Below, piece after piece: positions 49,716 to 55,277 of a DNA stretch of 55,277 nucleotides. The position numbers and the translations under genes are program-made. Position 1 is the first letter of the stretch; every line of letters begins with the position of its first letter. The notes under the pieces are model-generated. The model was not told the origin of the DNA. It did no database searches and saw only the letters and a program-made list of their open reading frames with translations. The stretch spans positions 1 to 55,277 of the forward strand of contig JBITAJ010000019.1 of assembly GCA_044440125.1 (NCBI GenBank), read 5' to 3'. The stretch comes from Sedimentisphaeraceae bacterium JB056 (lineage in GTDB: Bacteria > Planctomycetota > Phycisphaerae > Sedimentisphaerales > Sedimentisphaeraceae).

Positions 49716-50006
49716 ATGGCAAAACTGATTATAGTAGCTGATATCGTTGTAAAGGCGGAACATGTTGACTTCGTTAAGTCTGAGATGGAGAAATTGCTTC
49801 CTGTTACAAGGGCAGAAGAGGGGTGTTTGCAGTACGACCTGCACGTTGATAATAACAATCCCTCTCATTTTATGTTCTATGAAGCATGGGAATCTCGTGA
49901 GCTTTGGCAGGTTCATATGAACGCGCAGCACTTAAAAGACTACATAGCCGCAACAGATGGAATGCTTGAAAAATTTGGTGTCAGCGAGATGACCTTGGTC
50001 CAATGA
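49716..50006 (+). CDS. Antibiotic-biosynthesis/quinol monooxygenase (ABM) family protein
   Basis: TRAEEGCLQYDLH.D...P..F.FYE.WES......H....H. Confidence 0.92.
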   Translation: MAKLIIVADIVVKAEHVDFVKSEMEKLLPVTRAEEGCLQYDLHVDNNNPSHFMFYEAWESRELWQVHMNAQHLKDYIAATDGMLEKFGVSEMTLVQ

Positions 50007-50244
50007 TTCGGTATATATGATAATCAGAGCCGCGAGCGTGAGCGAGTCGGGCAGGGCGGCCTGATTATGGATTTTATCTTTTGCCGTAAGTAAAGCCTTC
50101 CCTGTTCTCTGTCGTGAAGGGTGATGCCGGCAGTAAAGCTTTATTGAACAGATTTGGCTTGAATTTTCACCTTGTTCAAAGTAAACTCTTGTTGGTAAGA
50201 GAGGGAAATTTATTTAATGAATTCGGTTAGTTCGGAGATATTAT

Positions 50245-51975
50245 ATGAGGATAACTACGGTTCGGCGAATCTCGCAGGTTGCTTTCCTGCTGATGTTTTT
50301 ATGGTTCTGTATTGTCAGTACTGTAGGCGATAAGTTTCATCAGCTTCGCGGCTGGCCGGTGAATCTCTTTCTATGGCTCGACCCGTTGACAGGGTTTGCC
50401 ACACTGCTTACAAGCCATCGCCTGTGGGCTCCGCTGGTTCTTTCCATGCTGACGATTGCGATAACAATCGTTCTTGGACGAGTATTTTGCGGCTGGATAT
50501 GTCCTTTCGGCACAATTCATCATTTTATGGGAGTTCTTGGACAAAAAATCAGAGGTAAAAAAGAGCATACTGCAAAGGGGAGATACTCAAAATACCAGCG
50601 AATCAAATATTATATCCTGTTTGTTTTTATCGGGTTTACGGCAATAGGCTTTGGTTTCTCACTGCTGCAAACCGGACTTTTTGCTCCTATTCCTCTGCTT
50701 ACAAGAAGCATTACCAATGTTATTTTGCCGATAGCCGACAGTCAAAGTTCAGTGAGCATGGCGACTTCCCGTTACTATGAAGGCGGATTTCTGATTCTGA
50801 CGATATTCATGGTGCTTGTCTTGTTAAATCTCATTGTGCCAAGATTTTATTGCCGTTACCTATGCCCATCGGGAGCTTTGCTTGCTTTTTTCTCAAGATT
50901 CAAGTTGTTTGATTTCCTGCGATCGAAATCAGCATGTACCGCATGTTGCGATTGCACAAGAGTATGCACAAGCGGCTGCGATCCGCAAGGAAATCTCAAA
51001 AGTTGCGAATGCGTTATGTGTTTCAACTGCCGTGAGGTTTGTCCTGAGCAGGCAATTACCTATGATGTGATCGATTTGCCATCACGTGAGTATGCTACGC
51101 CGGATATATCCCGTCGCGGGTTTGCTCTCTCTATTGCGGGCGGTTTTTTTGCGGCAAAGTCTGTGGCGTTGGCAAAAACTACCGGCGAGAATTACAATAA
51201 TAAACTTGTAAGACCTCCGGGAGCCGTTGGCGAGGAAGAATTCCAAAAGCGATGCATAAAATGCGGGCAGTGCATAAGGATTTGCCCGACTAATGTTCTT
51301 CAGCCGGCATCGGTCGGCCTTGGTCTTGTCAATATGTGGACGCCGGTTCTTAATAACAGGATTGGTTCGAGTGGGTGTCAGCTTAATTGTACTGCCTGCG
51401 GGCAGGTATGCCCAACTGCGGCAATAAGGCCGATTTCTCTTGATGAGAAACACGGCACGGGTGATTTCGCTGATGATGGACCGATAAAGATAGGTACTGC
51501 GTTTGTCGATAGAAACAGGTGCCTGCCGTGGGCGATGGATAAGCCTTGCATTGTGTGTGAGGAGAATTGTCCGGTGAGTCCGAAGGCGATAGAGACGCTT
51601 GAAGTTTATCACAGCCTTGATTATGCATCTTTCAAGGTAAGAAGTATAGAAGGGCGGAAAGCTGTTGTAGAAGTCGAGCACGATGGTAATATCGCTACTG
51701 GCGATTATTATCTTCAATTAGGTTCATCGCAATATAAGATTATGGAAAGAAACGGCAACGAGATTGCCTTGCAGTCGATTGTATCAGACTCTGATAAGGC
51801 GATGATAGCAAACGCAAAGCTTGTTGTGCGTCTGCAGAGGCCTATGGTCAATATCAATAAATGTATTGGTTGCGGCACATGCGAACATGAATGTCCTGTG
51901 AGCGGAAAGCGGGCGATACGAATATCTGCTGAGGGTGAGACAAGAAACCCTTCAAGCAGGCTGTTACTTGAATAA
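50245..51975 (+). CDS. Membrane polyferredoxin, NapH/MauN + NapG/MauM fusion type
   Basis: GRVFCGWICPFG and RFYCRYLCPSG; multiple CxxCxxCxxxCP; internal SRRGF; RPPGA..E..F...CIKCGQC. Confidence 0.88.
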   Translation: MRITTVRRISQVAFLLMFLWFCIVSTVGDKFHQLRGWPVNLFLWLDPLTGFATLLTSHRLWAPLVLSMLTIAITIVLGRVFCGWICPFGTIHHFMGVLGQKIRGKKEHTAKGRYSKYQRIKYYILFVFIGFTAIGFGFSLLQTGLFAPIPLLTRSITNVILPIADSQSSVSMATSRYYEGGFLILTIFMVLVLLNLIVPRFYCRYLCPSGALLAFFSRFKLFDFLRSKSACTACCDCTRVCTSGCDPQGNLKSCECVMCFNCREVCPEQAITYDVIDLPSREYATPDISRRGFALSIAGGFFAAKSVALAKTTGENYNNKLVRPPGAVGEEEFQKRCIKCGQCIRICPTNVLQPASVGLGLVNMWTPVLNNRIGSSGCQLNCTACGQVCPTAAIRPISLDEKHGTGDFADDGPIKIGTAFVDRNRCLPWAMDKPCIVCEENCPVSPKAIETLEVYHSLDYASFKVRSIEGRKAVVEVEHDGNIATGDYYLQLGSSQYKIMERNGNEIALQSIVSDSDKAMIANAKLVVRLQRPMVNINKCIGCGTCEHECPVSGKRAIRISAEGETRNPSSRLLLE

Positions 51976-52010
51976 AAAAAGGCCGGACATCTCGAATTGT
52001 CCGGCCTTTT
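51974..52010. terminator. Bidirectional rho-independent terminator
   Basis: AAAAAAAGGCCGGACA-loop-TGTCCGGCCTTTT between convergent genes. Confidence 0.9.
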
Positions 52011-52035
52011 AAAGTTTTAAACTATTACTTAGCGA

Positions 52036-53274
52036 TTAAATAACATCTTCAAATGTTTTGATACCGTCTACAACTTTGCATACGTGAACGGCGTATTTAT
52101 CGCTCAGATGAGGGCGGCTTCTTGGATAAGCAGTGTTGACTGCTGCCTCGAGCTGTTCTACTGCTTCGGCCTTAACCAATGCGCCAGCCGCGCCCTTGTC
52201 GCCGCCGCCGAGCATTCTTTCACCGAGCACGCCGTCAACTGTTCGCACGATGTCGCACATGCTCTCAAGCTCCGGACCTGATATGATGTAATCGTCACGA
52301 AGGCCGATGCCGTCTTCACGGAATATAGCACCTACGGTTTCTATATCGCCTGCTCTCCATGCATCAAGCATTTTGTAGAAACGCTGCTGAGCGCCGTAGA
52401 TATATTTCATTCTGTTTACAAGAGCAGGGTCAGTCTGTGAGAATTTATTATAAAGCTCATTGTAGAGAGCTTCGTCTTTAATGTCTGCGAGGCAGTTGAT
52501 TTCATAGCCTGCGGCTTTGATTTTCTCAACGAGTTCTTCACACTGAGCCCTGCGGATTTTGTAGCTTGATTTCTCAAGTCCGGGTCTTACGGTTCCTGTG
52601 TCGAGGCCGATGATTCTGAAGTCTGTCGCACCTTCGCCAAGCGGTACATAGTTTATAGAGCGGTCGGCAGGGTTGTAGTGTGTACCCATTCCTTCTTTGG
52701 CAAATAGGATCATTATTTGGTCGAGTTCGCCGCAAGGAGAGCCGATATATTTATTTTCAACCGCAACAGCGATATCGATTATTGTCAGTTGGTCTTCTAT
52801 TTCGATACCGTTTGCATCACACATTGATAGTATCAGATTCAGTGTCAAAGAGGCTGAACGGCTCATGCCGCCTCCGGGAATATTGCCGTAAAGAACCGCG
52901 TCAAATCCCTTGTTGAGCTCATATCCTTCTTCTTTGAGGATGTAGGCTACGCCGTAAGGGAAGCGTGCCCAGCTATCTGGTATGCTCATCGGAGCCGGTA
53001 TGCTTGAGGCATCAAACTCAATTATTCCGTCATTTGGAAAGTTTTCGCTGAAGAAGCGGAACTTGCCGCTGTTGTTAGGCTTGTAAGCCATCCATATAAA
53101 ACGATCGGTTCCGACGCCGAAAAGTTCGGTGCCGTTATAATCGCCATGTTCAACGCCGAGGCAGAATCTTGATGAGCTTCTGCAAACCTTGCCGCCTTCA
53201 ATGTCCAGACCATTGCCTTTTGCCGCGATCTTAAGACGCTTGAACATTTCCGAATCTATCTTTGATATTTCCAT
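52036..53274 (-). CDS. Galactokinase-family GHMP sugar kinase (divergent)
   Basis: EHGDYNG, GNIPGGGMSRSAS, EN.YIG.PCG.LDQ, LRDDY.ISGPELE, GERMLGGG. Confidence 0.85.
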   Translation of the reverse strand: MEISKIDSEMFKRLKIAAKGNGLDIEGGKVCRSSSRFCLGVEHGDYNGTELFGVGTDRFIWMAYKPNNSGKFRFFSENFPNDGIIEFDASSIPAPMSIPDSWARFPYGVAYILKEEGYELNKGFDAVLYGNIPGGGMSRSASLTLNLILSMCDANGIEIEDQLTIIDIAVAVENKYIGSPCGELDQIMILFAKEGMGTHYNPADRSINYVPLGEGATDFRIIGLDTGTVRPGLEKSSYKIRRAQCEELVEKIKAAGYEINCLADIKDEALYNELYNKFSQTDPALVNRMKYIYGAQQRFYKMLDAWRAGDIETVGAIFREDGIGLRDDYIISGPELESMCDIVRTVDGVLGERMLGGGDKGAAGALVKAEAVEQLEAAVNTAYPRSRPHLSDKYAVHVCKVVDGIKTFEDVI

Positions 53275-53589
53275 GTTAATCTACCTATATTCTAAACCAC
53301 ATTTCTTATTAGACAAACCACTGTTCTAAGACGGTAGAATATAACAAAAGTCTTATTTTTTTCAACTGAATGTATCGAAAAAGAAATTTGTGCGAATATA
53401 TATTTTTTGTTTTTTGGGCAGTAGAAGCGTTTTATATTTGTTTTGAAGCGGGCACAGGCGTATAATATCCTATATCAAAATAATTACCTGCTATTGTCAA
53501 TGGTGTGTGACAGATTAATTTTAAGTTGATTAAAACAGCTCAATTAATAAGGAAGTTGATGAAAGTGGGTATATCAACGAGGACCTAAA

Positions 53590-55071
53590 ATGTGTAAAGT
53601 TGCAATTTGTGTGTTTTTTTTCGTTTTTTGTTCGGTTTGTTTTTCTTTTACCACAGGTGATGGTACCCAAGCTGATCCTTATGTTATAGAATCTGCAGCT
53701 GAGTTTTATGAGATTAATGATGACTTGACTGCGCATTATATTTTGGCGTCCGACCTTGATCTCTCAGGTGTAACACGTACATCTGCCGTAATTGCTCCTG
53801 ATAATGTCAATTCAGGCATCAGCTTCTCTGGCGTTCCGTTTAGCGGTTCATTGAATGGAAATGGACATAAGATAACCGGTCTTGCCTTTTCAAATAATTA
53901 TAACGGCAACTACTATGTCGGCCTATTCGGGAAGATTGCCAGTGAAGGAATAGTTGAAAACCTCGTAGTTCAAGACTGTCAAATATTGACAGTAACCCAT
54001 TATGGCGGAGGTATCTGTGCTTATAATTCAGGCGGACAGGTAATTAATTGTCATGTTTCCGGAAGTATAAGCGGAACCACCTCTGTTGGAGGCATATGTG
54101 GTCATAATGATTATGGTCAGATAATCAGCAGTTCTTCTGAGTGTATAATTAATGCAGTATCGTACTGTGGCGGATTGACTGGTAATGATTATGGCGGAAG
54201 CTATTCTGATTGTTATGCAGATTGTGAAATAACAGTTTCAGCCGGAAGAGCAGGAGGTCTTATAGGTAACTCAGGAGATACCGTGTTGGGGGCTCCTGAT
54301 ATTAAGACAAATATTTACAGATGCTATTCCGCCGGTTGGCTAATCGGTATATCGGACCATACGGGCGGACTGTGCGGTTATTTCTACAACTCGGATATCG
54401 ATCAGTGTTATTCGACTATGAGCGTAAGGGGCATAGGTTCTGATAGTGATTATGTAGGCGGCTTGTGCGGGCTCGCTGCTAAGTCAACTATAACCGACAG
54501 TTATAATATCGGGTACGTCAGTGGTGAAGGAGGAATGAGTGATTATATTGCCGGTCTTTTAGGTTACGGTGGAGAGTCGACTGTTATCAGTAATTGCTAT
54601 TCAGCAGCGGCTACGCGTTGTTTTAGCTCATCTCCTCTTTATACAGGTGGTGCTGTCGCTTATGCTTACAGTTATAATCCTGTTTGTCAGGTGAATAATT
54701 GCTTTTGGGACAGCGATCTTAGCTTTGTTAATTATGATGATTACGCCGCAGCGTTACCTACTATTCAGATGCATACTTTATCGAATTTTACAGATGCCGG
54801 TTGGGATTTTGAAGGTGAATCTGTTAATGGTACCGATGATGTATGGTGGATGTCATCTTTTGGCGGTTATCCTCAATTAAGCTGGCAGCTTAAGGATATT
54901 GGAATGGATAAATATAAACTGCTGGCGATGTATTGGGGCGAAACCGGATGTACTTCGGGTGCTGATTGTTATGATGCTGATTGGTACAGAGACGGCACAA
55001 TAGATGAGTACGACCTTGTCAGGCTTTCAATGAGCTGGCTTGAAAAAGAGGTATTCATATATGAACCTTAA
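53590..55071 (+). CDS. Secreted GLUG-repeat protein with C-terminal dockerin-like tail
   Basis: Signal peptide; GDGTQADPYVI; (V)GGLCG repeats; AGWDF.GE..NGT.D.W; tail ADWYRDGTIDEYDLVRLSMSWL. Confidence 0.85.
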   Translation: MCKVAICVFFFVFCSVCFSFTTGDGTQADPYVIESAAEFYEINDDLTAHYILASDLDLSGVTRTSAVIAPDNVNSGISFSGVPFSGSLNGNGHKITGLAFSNNYNGNYYVGLFGKIASEGIVENLVVQDCQILTVTHYGGGICAYNSGGQVINCHVSGSISGTTSVGGICGHNDYGQIISSSSECIINAVSYCGGLTGNDYGGSYSDCYADCEITVSAGRAGGLIGNSGDTVLGAPDIKTNIYRCYSAGWLIGISDHTGGLCGYFYNSDIDQCYSTMSVRGIGSDSDYVGGLCGLAAKSTITDSYNIGYVSGEGGMSDYIAGLLGYGGESTVISNCYSAAATRCFSSSPLYTGGAVAYAYSYNPVCQVNNCFWDSDLSFVNYDDYAAALPTIQMHTLSNFTDAGWDFEGESVNGTDDVWWMSSFGGYPQLSWQLKDIGMDKYKLLAMYWGETGCTSGADCYDADWYRDGTIDEYDLVRLSMSWLEKEVFIYEP

Positions 55072-55137
55072 GCTAATGCGGATTTGATGCGATAATGTTC
55101 TTATATTGCGTAAATCTTTGCAGTCAAATAAGAAGCC

Positions 55138-55277
55138 GAGCCATTCCGTTTGTCTTGAAGTTCTTTACTTTAAATAAGTTATGGTGGTGGCTCAAAAACT
55201 TTACCCCAAAATATTGCTGTAAGTCTTTATTTTATGTTGAAATAAGGTGAAGTTTTATTGATTTTCTCCCAAAAAAA
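55138..55277. repeat. Right copy of 140-bp terminal inverted repeat
   Basis: GAGCCATTCCGTTTGTC...TTCTCCCAAAAAAA is the exact reverse complement of 2..141. Confidence 0.97.

Noticed and set aside
55072..55137. Integron attC site after the GLUG gene
   Set aside because: An imperfect hairpin is present, but there are no RYYYAAC/GTTRRRY boxes and no cassette array.
55215..55245. dif/Xer site (TTATGTTGAAAT resembles the XerD arm)
   Set aside because: No XerC arm ending in ATAA at the required 6-bp spacing.
1..55277. Linear plasmid, phage or giant transposon with terminal inverted repeats
   Set aside because: No polymerase, terminal protein, transposase, integrase or virion genes; content is core chromosomal; repeat length matches an assembler k-mer.

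Overview
A 55.3-kb bacterial chromosomal segment, gene-dense and AT-rich. By gene content it most resembles Planctomycetota, class Phycisphaerae (Sedimentisphaerales-like); this is an inference from the GLUG proteins with dockerin-like tails, the Tat sulfatase, the OmcB-like DUF11 protein and TIGR03790. It carries housekeeping genes (gpmI, mutL, lptD, dgt, glyA, ppnP, pepD, ybeY, galactokinase), a BtuF/C/D-like ABC importer, a Ni-superoxide dismutase, a LarE-like enzyme, two tRNAs (Gly-CCC, Thr-CGT) and many secreted or lipoprotein hypotheticals. I found no transposase, integrase, reverse transcriptase, CRISPR array or phage gene, and no complete novel system can be demonstrated from the sequence alone. 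The strongest unexplained signals are: (1) the two window ends are an exact 140-bp inverted repeat, probably the same end of an unidentified multicopy element at which the assembly broke; (2) a four-helix-bundle gene bracketed by oppositely oriented 7-mer arrays; (3) a REP/REPIN-like palindromic element beside tRNA-Thr; (4) a shared C-terminal dockerin-like tail on three secreted proteins; (5) a full-length homologue of chlamydial OmcB; (6) a SodN apparently matured by a signal peptidase; (7) an unannotated 53-aa Cys-rich ORF. All family assignments are from motif recognition by eye, not database searches.
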